This document shows, one piece after another, positions 11,116 through 21,763 of a DNA stretch of 64,000 bases. Position 1 is the first letter of the stretch. Each line of letters begins with the position of its first letter. The position numbers and the translations under genes are program-made. Under the pieces are notes generated by a model, which saw only the letters and a list, made by a program, of their open reading frames with translations, made no database searches and was not told the origin of the DNA. Source of the stretch: an uncultured Methanosarcinaceae archaeon (GTDB taxonomy: Archaea > Halobacteriota > Methanosarcinia > Methanosarcinales > Methanosarcinaceae); contig CAWJYV010000007.1 in the NCBI GenBank assembly GCA_963847185.1, forward strand, positions 864,001-928,000, given 5' to 3'.

Positions 11116-11526
11116 TATAAAGGTGAAGATTTGGTATCCGTGAATTATTGAGTTTCCGAACTATTCAAATTTCAATGAATCCTATACTTAATTTCATTTT
11201 CTAAGCTTAATCAGATTGATAATTAGATAATTAGTCAAATAGTAATTAGTCAAATTGTGATCGATGTATTGATGCTTTATTTTTAGAGGGGATTACTGTC
11301 GGGAAATCGGGGCGTTATTCAGAATCGGGGCAAAATTTTCCGTTTACCCGGGTTTTTGGAGAAATTACTTGAATTTTCAGCTTTACTCTTTAAAAAGTGA
11401 AAATAATCGTACATATAGCTTTCCAGCAGAATGGGAAATCTTTTTCTAGAAATCAGGTACATATTCAATAAATTTAACCTATCTCTTCTGAAATTTTTGG
11501 GAAAAATGGAATCTCACCATAAACTA

Positions 11527-11535
11527 TTTATAGAA
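11527..11535 (+). promoter_or_regulatory. Probable TATA box for the tRNA-Lys/rpo transcript
   Basis: TTTATAGAA preceded by an A-rich BRE-like stretch, about 25 nt upstream of a GC-rich leader. Confidence 0.45.
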
Positions 11536-11553
11536 TAGCTATAATTAGAGGGT

Positions 11554-11629
11554 TGCACCGGCGTAAGAGGTGCCCTCTGATGCAGCGGGGCAGCAGAGTG
11601 GCAGACAGTAATATAGCCTATCTGGTGCA
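11554..11629 (+). ncRNA. Candidate structured leader/sRNA upstream of tRNA-Lys
   Basis: TGCACCGG/CTGGTGCA closing stem enclosing a TGCC-CTCTG-A-TGC...GCA-G-CAGAG-T-GGCA hairpin; GC-rich island in an AT-rich intergenic region. Confidence 0.35.
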
Positions 11630-11657
11630 GAATAAAGAGGTGGAGATAAACAATACT

Positions 11658-11734
11658 GGGCCCGTAGCTCAGTCAGGCAGAGCGACTGGCTTTTAACCAG
11701 TCGGCCTAGGGTTCAAATCCCTACGGGCCCGCCA
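11658..11734 (+). tRNA. tRNA-Lys (anticodon UUU), CCA encoded
   Basis: Acceptor stem GGGCCCG/CGGGCCC, D-arm TAGCTCAGTCAGGCAGAGC, anticodon loop CTTTTAA in GACTGG/CCAGTC stem, T-loop GTTCAAATC, 3' GCCA. Confidence 0.97.
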
Positions 11735-11823
11735 TATTCTATTTATGAAACCCGGCGGAAAGGCCATTCGCTGGAACAATCTAACCAAGTTTTTTGAGAT
11801 GCTTTATTTTTGGAGGAAAGGAT

Positions 11824-12060
11824 TTGACTAAATTCAGCCTGCTCGACCATGAGTCGGTCCCTAAGCATGAAATCATGCCCGAGGGCGAGTTAAAAACTGT
11901 TTTAAGCAAGTATCTAATTGATAAGGAACAACTTCCGAAAATCAAAGTGCAGGACCCTGTTTGTAAAGAAATAGGAGCTGTAATCGGAGATGTAGTGAAA
12001 ATCACGAGAAAAAGTCAAACTGCAGGGGAGGCAGACTATTATCGACTTGTAATCGAGTAA
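11824..12060 (+). CDS. rpoH: DNA-directed RNA polymerase subunit H (Rpo5)
   Basis: 'HESVPKHEI', 'LPKIKVQDPV', 'GDVVKITRKSQTAG..YYRLV'; GGAGG RBS before TTG 11824. Confidence 0.96.
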   Translation: MTKFSLLDHESVPKHEIMPEGELKTVLSKYLIDKEQLPKIKVQDPVCKEIGAVIGDVVKITRKSQTAGEADYYRLVIE

Positions 12061-12222
12061 GCGGGGGGGAATAAAACCGCTTGCAAGATCCGATTTTTTT
12101 TAACGGAATGTCTTTTTGAATCCCATGCATCATCGCATTATACGGAAGATTCAACGACTTAATGCCGATCTGATGATTATAAATATTGATTTTCATTCTA
12201 ATGAAGCAAAGAGGGTGCTATC

Positions 12223-13875
12223 ATCGCGTTAGAAAGTAGTATACTGTCGCAGGCTTATTTTACACGGGACAAGATAGTGCAGCATCATATCGATTCTTTT
12301 AACAAGTTTATTGATTACGGGCTGCAAAAAATCATAGATGAACAGAGAATAATAGAAACTGATATTGAGGGTACCTACCTTAAACTCGGCAAGATTAGGG
12401 TAGAACATCCTGTGGTAAAGGAGGCGGACGGAGCTATAGAAAAGCTTTACCCAAACGAGGCAAGGCTTAGAAACCTCTCGTACTCAGGCCCTCTCTATCT
12501 GGAAATGAGCGTTGTAAAAGATGGACTCGAATCTGAAGTAATGGAAGCAAAGATAGGACAGCTTCCTGTCATGGTCAAGTCCAAGATCTGCAACCTTCTG
12601 GGACTTAGCGAGACTGAGAAAGTCCGCTATGGAGAAGACCCTCTTGACCCCGGGGGATATTTCATTATAGGCGGTACTGAGAGAGTAGTGATGACTCTTG
12701 AAGACCTTGCCCCTAACAAAATTCTCGTAGAATACGGGGAAAGATACGGGGACTCCATAGAGGTTGCAAAGGTTTTCTCCCAGAAGCGCGGGTACAGGGC
12801 TCTTGTAATTGTAGAAAGGGGGCGAAAGTCTCTGCTCGAGGTATCCTTCCCTTCGATTTCAGGAAGAGTGTTTTTCATTACTCTTATGAGGGCTCTTGGG
12901 ATTGTAACTGATGAGGACATCGTAAACGCAGTTTCAAGTGATCCCGAAATCATCAAATTCATGCTGGAAAATCTGGAAGAAGCCGAAGTAGAGACCCAGG
13001 AAGAAGCAATCGAGAAGATAGGGGCAAGGGTTGCTGCAGGGCAGGCCAAGGAATACCAGATGAAGAGAGCAAACTACGTCATTGACAGATACCTCTTCCC
13101 GCATCTCGGAAACGATATGAGGGACAGAGTCTCAAAAGCTCACTTCCTTGCGAGAATGGCTGAATCCTGTTTCGAGCTGGCTCTTGGTAAGCGTTCGGAA
13201 GATGACAAAGACCACTATGCAAACAAGAGGCTTAAACTCGCAGGAGATCTGATGGAAGACCTCTTCAGGGTATCTTTCAACAGGCTGGCAAGGGACATAA
13301 AATACCAGCTCGAGCGCGCAAATATGAGGAATAGAGAACTTAATGTCGCCACAATCGTCAGAGCAGATGTACTGACTGACCGCCTGCAGCATCCTCTAGC
13401 AACCGGAAACTGGGTTGGAGGAAGAACGGGCGTGTCTCAGCTTCTGGACAGAAACGACTACATATCCACTCTTTCTCACCTGCGCCGTGTAATTTCTCCT
13501 CTTTCCCGTGCTCAACCTCACTTCGAAGCCAGAGACCTGCATGCAACTCAGTGGGGAAGGCTGTGTCCTTCGGAAACCCCTGAAGGTCCGAATTGTGGCC
13601 TCGTGAAGAACTTTGCCGAAATGGTTGAACTCTCCACAGGTGTAGAGGAAACAGACGGCATGAAGAAAATTCTCTACGACCTTAACGTCGAACGTGTAGT
13701 TGTCAAGGTACCGGAAATTCCGGCTAAAATTAAAGAAATCTTATTCGACGAGTTTGGAGAAGAGATTGTTGAAGAGTTTGAAGAAGAAACTCCGGAAGTC
13801 GAAACCAAATACAGAGATGATGATTTCTACGATTATTCAGATATGGACGATGCCGGATCAATGTTCGGTGATTAA
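12223..13875 (+). CDS. rpoB2: DNA-directed RNA polymerase subunit B'' (Rpo2N); start uncertain (ATC 12223 or GTG 12277)
   Basis: 'QHHIDSFN', 'PNEARLRNLSYS', 'DPGGYFII', 'DDKDHYANKRL', 'CPSETPEGPNCGLVKN'; RBS GAGGGTG at 12211. Confidence 0.95.
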   Translation: MALESSILSQAYFTRDKIVQHHIDSFNKFIDYGLQKIIDEQRIIETDIEGTYLKLGKIRVEHPVVKEADGAIEKLYPNEARLRNLSYSGPLYLEMSVVKDGLESEVMEAKIGQLPVMVKSKICNLLGLSETEKVRYGEDPLDPGGYFIIGGTERVVMTLEDLAPNKILVEYGERYGDSIEVAKVFSQKRGYRALVIVERGRKSLLEVSFPSISGRVFFITLMRALGIVTDEDIVNAVSSDPEIIKFMLENLEEAEVETQEEAIEKIGARVAAGQAKEYQMKRANYVIDRYLFPHLGNDMRDRVSKAHFLARMAESCFELALGKRSEDDKDHYANKRLKLAGDLMEDLFRVSFNRLARDIKYQLERANMRNRELNVATIVRADVLTDRLQHPLATGNWVGGRTGVSQLLDRNDYISTLSHLRRVISPLSRAQPHFEARDLHATQWGRLCPSETPEGPNCGLVKNFAEMVELSTGVEETDGMKKILYDLNVERVVVKVPEIPAKIKEILFDEFGEEIVEEFEEETPEVETKYRDDDFYDYSDMDDAGSMFGD

Positions 13876-13890
13876 GGGGGCCTATATAAG

Positions 13891-15705
13891 ATGACTAAAG
13901 CAAAAGTATTCATAAACGGAGAGCTTGTCGGGACCCATGATAATCCTACTGAGCTCGTCTACGAGCTCCGAAAGATGAGAAGGCAGGGGTTCATATCCAG
14001 GCAGGTCAATGTCGCTCTTAACGACAACACCAGAGAAGTAATTATAAACTCCGATATGGGCAGAGCAAGAAGGCCCCTTTTAGTTGTGGAAAACGGAGCT
14101 CTAAAGGTAACTGAAGAGCACGTAAAGAAACTGAAAAACAAGGAAATTAATTTTGATGACCTGGTAAAAGAAGGCTGTGTAGAGTACCTGGATTCCGAAG
14201 AAGAAGAGAATGCCTATATTTCTCTCAGCGAGTCTGAAATTAATGTAAGGCATACTCATATGGAGCTTGATCCCGAACTTATTCTTGGAATTTCCACAGG
14301 AATGGTTCCCTATCCTGAACATAATGCATCCCCGCGTAATACTATGGGTGCAGCTATGATCAAGCAGTGTATAGGAGTTGCTACGGCAAACCAGAAGCTC
14401 AGGCCGGATACCCGTGCTCATGTCCTGCACTACCCGCAGAAAGCACTTACTGCGACCAGAACTTCTTCAGCAATAGGTTTTGATGACAGGCCTGCAGGGC
14501 AAAACTTCGTGGTTGCAATCCTATCTTATGAAGGATATAATATTGAAGACGCTCTGATTTTCAATACAGGCTCAATCGACAGAGGACTTGGGAGAAGCCA
14601 CTTCCTCAGGACTTTTGAAGGGGAAGAAAGAAGATATCCTGGAGGGCAGGAAGACAAATTCGAGATTCCCGATTCTGAGTATCGCGGAGCCCGCAGTGCA
14701 GAAGCATATGCGAACCTGGATATCGATGGGCTTGTAAATCCTGAGACTGTAGTTGGTCCAAATGACGTGCTGATCGGAAAGACCAGCCCTCCGAGATTCC
14801 TTGAAGAGCCTACTGACTTCGGGATTGCAGTGGAACAGAGAAGAGAAAGCTCGATTACCATGCGATCCAACGAAAAAGGAATCGTGGATACTGTTATTCT
14901 AACAGAATCTATTAACGGTACCCGTCTGGCCAAGGTGAAGGTAAGAGACGAAAGGATTCCTGACATCGGGGACAAATTCGCTTCCAGGCATGGGCAAAAA
15001 GGAGTTATAGGGCTGAAGGTTCCAATTGCGGATATGCCGTTTACAGAAGCTGGCCTGAGTCCGGATCTCATGATTAACCCTCACGCAATTCCTTCCCGTA
15101 TGACTGTAGGGCACGTTCTGGAAATGATTGGGGGAAAGGTCGGCTCAATGGAAGGCAGAAGAGTTAACGCAACTGCTTTCTCAGGAGAAAATGAAGATGA
15201 CCTGAGAGATGCCCTGAAGAAGCATGGTTTTGCCCATACCGGAAAAGAAATTTTCTATGACGGGACAACAGGCAGGATGATTCCTGCAGATGTTTTTATT
15301 GGCGTAATTCTTTACCAGAAGCTGCATCACATGGTCACCTCCAAAATGCATGCTCGGTCCCGTGGTCCTGTACAGGTGCTCACTCGCCAGCCAACTGAAG
15401 GTCGAGCCAGAGAGGGTGGTCTCAGGTTCGGTGAAATGGAGCGTGATGTGCTTGTAGGGCACGGAGCTGCCATGTCCTTAAAAGAAAGGCTGCTGGACGA
15501 ATCTGACAAAGTTGTGGAACTTGTTTGCTCTCACTGCGGAATGATTGCAACATTTGACAAGCAGCGAAATGTTTCTTTCTGTTCTGCTTGCGGGGCTGAC
15601 ACAGATATATATCCTGTGGAAATGAGCTACGCATTCAAGCTCCTGCTGGACGAAATAAAATCCCTGGGAGTAGCTCCCAGGCTCAATCTTGAAGATGCGG
15701 TATGA
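13891..15705 (+). CDS. rpoB1: DNA-directed RNA polymerase subunit B' (Rpo2C)
   Basis: 'GYNIEDA', '[12 protein letters not shown]', '[21 protein letters not shown]', C-terminal Zn ribbon. Confidence 0.98.
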   Translation: MTKAKVFINGELVGTHDNPTELVYELRKMRRQGFISRQVNVALNDNTREVIINSDMGRARRPLLVVENGALKVTEEHVKKLKNKEINFDDLVKEGCVEYLDSEEEENAYISLSESEINVRHTHMELDPELILGISTGMVPYPEHNASPRNTMGAAMIKQCIGVATANQKLRPDTRAHVLHYPQKALTATRTSSAIGFDDRPAGQNFVVAILSYEGYNIEDALIFNTGSIDRGLGRSHFLRTFEGEERRYPGGQEDKFEIPDSEYRGARSAEAYANLDIDGLVNPETVVGPNDVLIGKTSPPRFLEEPTDFGIAVEQRRESSITMRSNEKGIVDTVILTESINGTRLAKVKVRDERIPDIGDKFASRHGQKGVIGLKVPIADMPFTEAGLSPDLMINPHAIPSRMTVGHVLEMIGGKVGSMEGRRVNATAFSGENEDDLRDALKKHGFAHTGKEIFYDGTTGRMIPADVFIGVILYQKLHHMVTSKMHARSRGPVQVLTRQPTEGRAREGGLRFGEMERDVLVGHGAAMSLKERLLDESDKVVELVCSHCGMIATFDKQRNVSFCSACGADTDIYPVEMSYAFKLLLDEIKSLGVAPRLNLEDAV

Positions 15706-15714
15706 GGTGGACAA

Positions 15715-18357
15715 ATGGCAAACGTACCTCCGATTCCGAAAAGAATTGCTTCTATTAAATTCGGTTTACTGTCCCCAAAAGAAGTCCGTAAGATGAGTTC
15801 AACGCCCATTATCACGGCCGACACTTATGATGATGACGGATTTCCGATTGACATGGGGCTTATGGACACAAAACTCGGGGTTATTGACCCTGGGCTTCGC
15901 TGCAAGACCTGTTCAGGGAGAGCTGGTGAATGTCCCGGACACTTCGGGCATATTGAGCTTGTTGCCCCTGTAGTTCACGTTGGCTTCAACAAAGTGATCC
16001 GAAAGCTCCTTCGAGCAACCTGCAGGAAATGCAGCAAGATTTTGCTTGATCCTGTACAGAAACAGCATTTTCTGGATCAGCTCACGGGAATAGAAGAAAT
16101 CGGGCACATGCCCGATGACGTTATCAACGAAGCTTATAAGGAAGCCAGTAAAGTAAAGGTCTGTCCCTACTGTAATGAAGAACAGCTGGAAATTAAATTC
16201 GAAAAGCCCACCGAATATCTTGAGAGCGGGGAAAAACTGACCCCTACCGAGATAAGGGACCGCTTCGAGAATATCCCTGATGAGGACATCAAGGTTATAG
16301 GGATGGATCCAAAGAATGCAAGGCCTGAATGGATGATCCTTACAGCCCTTCCTGTGCCTCCTGTAACAGTTCGTCCCTCAATTACCCTTGAATCAGGGCA
16401 GCGCAGTGAAGACGACCTGACCCACAAGCTGGTAGATATTATAAGGATCAACCAGCGTTTCCAGGAAAACAGGGAGGCTGGCGCCCCTCAGCTCATTATT
16501 GAGGACCTCTGGGAACTTCTCCAGTATCACGTTACTACATTCTTTGATAACTCTGTTTCAGGTATACCTCCTGCAAGACACAGGTCCGGCAGACCCTTAA
16601 AGACCCTTTCTCAGCGTTTAAAGGGTAAAGAAGGAAGGTTCAGAGGAAGTCTGTCAGGTAAGCGTGTAAACTTCTCTGCCCGTACCGTTATTTCTCCTGA
16701 TCCTAACCTGAGCATAAACGAAGTAGGGGTACCCCTGGCCATTGCACAGACGCTGACAATTCCTGCGATAGTAACTCCAAGGAATATCGAACAGCTCAAA
16801 GTGTACGTGAGGAACGGAGAAGATGTGCATCCCGGAGCAAACTATGTGTTCAGGTCCGACGGCAGGCGCATAAAAGTTACCAATGTAAACAAAGACGACC
16901 TTGCTGAAAAGCTGGAATTTGGTTGGACCGTAGAACGCCAGTTAAAGGATGGAGATACAGTACTCTTTAACAGGCAGCCGTCTCTGCACAAAATGAGTAT
17001 TATGGCTCACTCTGTTAAGGTGCTTCCGAACAAAACTTTCAGGCTGAACCCTGCCGTATGTCCTCCATACAACGCTGACTTTGACGGGGACGAAATGAAC
17101 ATGCATGCTCTGCAGACCGAAGAGTCCAGAGCTGAGGCAAAGATCCTCATGCAGGTTCAGGAAAATATTCTTTCCCCACGTTTCGGAGGACCTATTATCG
17201 GCGGGATCCACGACCACATTTCAGGGCTTTTCCTGCTGACTCGTTTAGAGAAAGATATCAGTAGCCATGATGCTTACGACATTCTCCGGAAGAGCAGTGC
17301 CCGTGTTCTGCCCACACCTGCAGGTTATGATTCTAATGGAAAACCTTACTGGACAGGAAAACAGATTTTCAGCCAGATCCTGCCCAAAAACCTGAACACA
17401 CAGTTTGCAGCGCAGGTCTGCTCGCACTGTGACACCTGCAAAAAAGAAGGGTGTCCTAACGATGCCTATGTGGTAATCCGGGACGGAGAACTCATTATGG
17501 GCACTATAGACGAAGCGGCAATCGGGGCGTTCAAAGGAAAAATCCAGGACCGCATTATCAAGGAAATTGGTCCCCAGGCCGGATCTCAGTTTATAGATGA
17601 TATGACCAAGCTTGCAATTCGGGCTATCATGAGGACAGGCTTGAGTTTCGGAATATCTGATGAAGATATCCCGAAAGAAGCCAGGATTCAGATTAATGAG
17701 GTCCTGGGAACTGCTGAAGATGCCGTGCAGAACCTTATCAAATCTTACCTGAATAAAGAGCTTGATCCTCTTCCCGGAAGAACTCTTGATGAAACAATCG
17801 AAATGAGCATCATGCAGAAGCTCGGAAAGGCCAGAGACGACACAGGTAGAATTGCAGACAACCACATGGGGCTTGAAAACCCGGCAGTTATTATGGCCCG
17901 TTCCGGAGCCAGAGGTTCTATTCTTAACCTTACCCAGATGGCAGCTTGTGTTGGCCAGCAGGCAGTGCGTGGTGAACGTATCCGCAGAGGATATGCAGGC
18001 AGGACTTTGCCACATTTCGAAAAAGGAGACCTCGGATCAGACGCTCACGGTTTCGTGAAGGCAAGTTACAAGAGCGGATTGAATCCAACTGAATATTTCT
18101 TCCACGCAATCGGTGGTAGGGAAGGTCTTGTGGACACTGCGGTCAGGACATCTCAGTCCGGGTACCTGCAGAGAAGACTTGTCAATGCCCTCCAGGACCT
18201 TGAAGTCCAGTATGACCTTACGGTCAGGGACACCAGAGGTGTTATTGTACAGTTTAAATATGGAGAAGACGGGATTAATCCCACAAAGAGTGACTTCAGT
18301 AAACCTGATGCAATCCACAGGATTGTTAATTCCGTAGTGAACAGGGAGGTGGCCTGA
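15715..18357 (+). CDS. rpoA1: DNA-directed RNA polymerase subunit A' (Rpo1N)
   Basis: Catalytic 'YNADFDGDEMN', 'CPGHFGHIEL', 'GREGLVDTAVRTSQSGYLQRRL'. Confidence 0.98.
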   Translation: MANVPPIPKRIASIKFGLLSPKEVRKMSSTPIITADTYDDDGFPIDMGLMDTKLGVIDPGLRCKTCSGRAGECPGHFGHIELVAPVVHVGFNKVIRKLLRATCRKCSKILLDPVQKQHFLDQLTGIEEIGHMPDDVINEAYKEASKVKVCPYCNEEQLEIKFEKPTEYLESGEKLTPTEIRDRFENIPDEDIKVIGMDPKNARPEWMILTALPVPPVTVRPSITLESGQRSEDDLTHKLVDIIRINQRFQENREAGAPQLIIEDLWELLQYHVTTFFDNSVSGIPPARHRSGRPLKTLSQRLKGKEGRFRGSLSGKRVNFSARTVISPDPNLSINEVGVPLAIAQTLTIPAIVTPRNIEQLKVYVRNGEDVHPGANYVFRSDGRRIKVTNVNKDDLAEKLEFGWTVERQLKDGDTVLFNRQPSLHKMSIMAHSVKVLPNKTFRLNPAVCPPYNADFDGDEMNMHALQTEESRAEAKILMQVQENILSPRFGGPIIGGIHDHISGLFLLTRLEKDISSHDAYDILRKSSARVLPTPAGYDSNGKPYWTGKQIFSQILPKNLNTQFAAQVCSHCDTCKKEGCPNDAYVVIRDGELIMGTIDEAAIGAFKGKIQDRIIKEIGPQAGSQFIDDMTKLAIRAIMRTGLSFGISDEDIPKEARIQINEVLGTAEDAVQNLIKSYLNKELDPLPGRTLDETIEMSIMQKLGKARDDTGRIADNHMGLENPAVIMARSGARGSILNLTQMAACVGQQAVRGERIRRGYAGRTLPHFEKGDLGSDAHGFVKASYKSGLNPTEYFFHAIGGREGLVDTAVRTSQSGYLQRRLVNALQDLEVQYDLTVRDTRGVIVQFKYGEDGINPTKSDFSKPDAIHRIVNSVVNREVA

Positions 18358-19550
18358 TGAGTATTAGTGAGGCTACAATCGATAGTATGATAAAAGATCT
18401 GCCTCTTCCTTCGAATCTTCTTAAGGCTCTCAAGGAAGACGTAATCAAAGCCGGCGTAAGCAAGAAAGAAATGGAAGAAATTCTGGAAATGGTAAAGGAA
18501 GGCTATGATCTTTCATGTATCGAACCCTGTGATGCTGCTGGAGTGGTTGCAGCCCAGTCCATAGGGGAACCAGGTACTCAGATGACGATGCGTACCTTCC
18601 ACTATGCCGGTGTTGCTGAAATTAACGTTACTCTCGGTCTGCCCCGTCTTATAGAGATTGTGGATGCTCGGAAAATCCCGAGTACTCCTATGATGACAAT
18701 AGCTCTTTCCAAAGAAAACAAGGAAGACTACGCTTACGACAGGGAAAAGACAAGAGCCCTTGCCTGGGAAATTGAAGCGACTAAAATAGACCATATTGCT
18801 GACGTAACTACTGATCTTTCCCAGATGAAACTGATTATCGACCTGCACGAAAAAGCTATGGAAGGCAGGAATATTACTATTGACCAGGTAAAAGAAAAGG
18901 TCAATGAAGAACTTAATGCGACGGTAACTATATCCCCTGATATAGATAACCAGATTGTCATCTCTCCAGGAGAGCCTTCTTACAGAGAGCTGCTCCAGCT
19001 TGCAAAAAGTATCCACAATGTCACCTTAAAAGGGATAGAAGGTATCAAGCGAGTTGTGGTCAGGAAGGAAGGCGAGGAGTACACCCTTTATACCGAAGGT
19101 TCAGCTCTGCGCGAAGTGCTTCAATTTGGAGGAGTGGACAAGAGCAGAACCAGCACAAACAATATCAACGAAATATACGAAGTGCTGGGAGTCGAGGCTG
19201 CAAGAAATGCAATCATCAAGGAAGCTACAGATACCCTGCGCGAACAGGGTCTTACCGTGGATATTCGGCATATAATGCTTGTGGCAGATCTCATGACCTG
19301 TGACGGAGAGGTAAAGCAGATCGGCAGGCATGGAATATCAGGTGAAAAGGCCAGTGTATTTGCTCGTGCAGCTTTCGAAGTTACTGTCAATCACCTTCTT
19401 GATGCAGGAATGCGCGGAGATGTGGATAAGTTAGAGGGTGTTACAGAAAATATCATTGTAGGTCAGCCTATCCGCATGGGTACGGGTGATGTGCACCTTA
19501 TAAGCAGAAAGGGAAAGAAAGAGGGAGCACTGGAAGTTGAAGAGGAATAA
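18357..19550 (+). CDS. rpoA2: DNA-directed RNA polymerase subunit A'' (Rpo1C)
   Basis: 'AAQSIGEPGTQMTMRTFHYAG', 'TLGLPRLIEI', 'GVTENIIVGQ'; TGATG overlap with rpoA1. Confidence 0.98.
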   Translation: MSISEATIDSMIKDLPLPSNLLKALKEDVIKAGVSKKEMEEILEMVKEGYDLSCIEPCDAAGVVAAQSIGEPGTQMTMRTFHYAGVAEINVTLGLPRLIEIVDARKIPSTPMMTIALSKENKEDYAYDREKTRALAWEIEATKIDHIADVTTDLSQMKLIIDLHEKAMEGRNITIDQVKEKVNEELNATVTISPDIDNQIVISPGEPSYRELLQLAKSIHNVTLKGIEGIKRVVVRKEGEEYTLYTEGSALREVLQFGGVDKSRTSTNNINEIYEVLGVEAARNAIIKEATDTLREQGLTVDIRHIMLVADLMTCDGEVKQIGRHGISGEKASVFARAAFEVTVNHLLDAGMRGDVDKLEGVTENIIVGQPIRMGTGDVHLISRKGKKEGALEVEEE

Positions 19551-19849
19551 AGTTAAGGCGAAAACCTTAACCTAACCTATAATTATTTAAATAAACAATT
19601 CGATAGAAGACCGTCTTAAGTATCCTTATAAAAGGCAATTTTTTCAGGAAGGCTTTCCGACTAAGGTATCAGATTACCTTTTTGAAGCTCATAGAATCCT
19701 GTTGCAGAAACTTGAGTCCGCGAGTCTCATAACCAGAAAATAGATATAAGGCATCAGGTATTTAGAGTACCATAATACTCACCAGCTTGGAAATCTTTAT
19801 TTGAAACTAGATAGAGTAAACGAGCTAATTTGAGACAGAGTTGATGAAA

Positions 19850-20140
19850 ATGAAGATCAATGTTGATAAATCTCTTATCAAGGCTGTGAAAACAGGAAAA
19901 GTAATTCTTGGATCTAACCGGACCGTGGATGCAGCAGCAGACGGGTCTGCAAAAATGATAGTTCTGGCGTCAAACTGCCCCCAAGATGTTAAACAGAAGG
20001 TTCAGGCAACAAACGTTCCAGTTCTGGAATACGAAGGCACCAGTGTAGAACTTGGGCCTGTATGCGGGAAACCCTTCACGATTGCAGCTATGGCGATCCT
20101 CGATGCAGGAGAATCAGATATCCTGGCAGCTACATATTAA
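19850..20140 (+). CDS. rpl30e: 50S ribosomal protein L30e
   Basis: '[10 protein letters not shown]', '[10 protein letters not shown]', 'DAGESDIL'; canonical position after rpoA''. Confidence 0.95.
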   Translation: MKINVDKSLIKAVKTGKVILGSNRTVDAAADGSAKMIVLASNCPQDVKQKVQATNVPVLEYEGTSVELGPVCGKPFTIAAMAILDAGESDILAATY

Positions 20141-20160
20141 TAAAAGGAGTTGGCAACGTC

Positions 20161-20586
20161 TTGGGTGAAATAAGACTTACTGCAGAAAGCATCCAGTACA
20201 TTGCTTTATTTGAAAATGTGACACGAGCCAAGATTCTCGACTGTATCCCCGAAGAGGAAAGGATCGTGTACGTCGTAAAACATGGTGATATGGGGCTTGC
20301 GATAGGCAAAAATGGGGAGAATGTGAACCGCGTTAAAAAAGCTCTGGATAAACCCATAGAGCTTGTGGAGTATTCAGAGGATCCTGCCATATTTATTAAG
20401 AATGCCTTTGGACCTGTATCTGTTAGTTCGATTAACATTACAAATAAAAATGGTAAGCGGTTAGCTTATGTAGAGGTACCCAATAAAGAGAAGGGGCTTG
20501 CCATCGGACGCAACGGCAAGAACATCGAAAAGGTGAAGATGCTCGTCCGTCGCCATCATAATATCGAAGACGTAATCCTGCAGTAA
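20161..20586 (+). CDS. nusA: Archaeal NusA (two KH domains)
   Basis: Two 'GLAIG(K/R)NG' KH motifs; AGGAG RBS before TTG 20161. Confidence 0.93.
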   Translation: MGEIRLTAESIQYIALFENVTRAKILDCIPEEERIVYVVKHGDMGLAIGKNGENVNRVKKALDKPIELVEYSEDPAIFIKNAFGPVSVSSINITNKNGKRLAYVEVPNKEKGLAIGRNGKNIEKVKMLVRRHHNIEDVILQ

Positions 20587-20692
20587 TCTATCATTAACTT
20601 ACTTTGATCCATTATCCATTAATTCGGCGTTGAAAAATTATTCGGCATATATTATGCCTAGGAAACTGTGATCAATTTTCAATTTGGAGTAA

Positions 20693-21693
<1,001 letters not shown>

Positions 21694-21763
21694 TCGATAT
21701 GCGGGTTGCCCCGATTTATTAATTCATATATAACTAAATTACATCTGTTTAAAAGGTATCAGT

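Noticed and set aside
11554-11640. H/ACA or C/D box guide RNA
   Set aside because: No ACA box after the stem and no convincing C/D or K-turn pair; kept only as an unclassified structured RNA candidate
20062-20160. N-terminal extension of NusA overlapping rpl30e
   Set aside because: RBS and family alignment support TTG 20161
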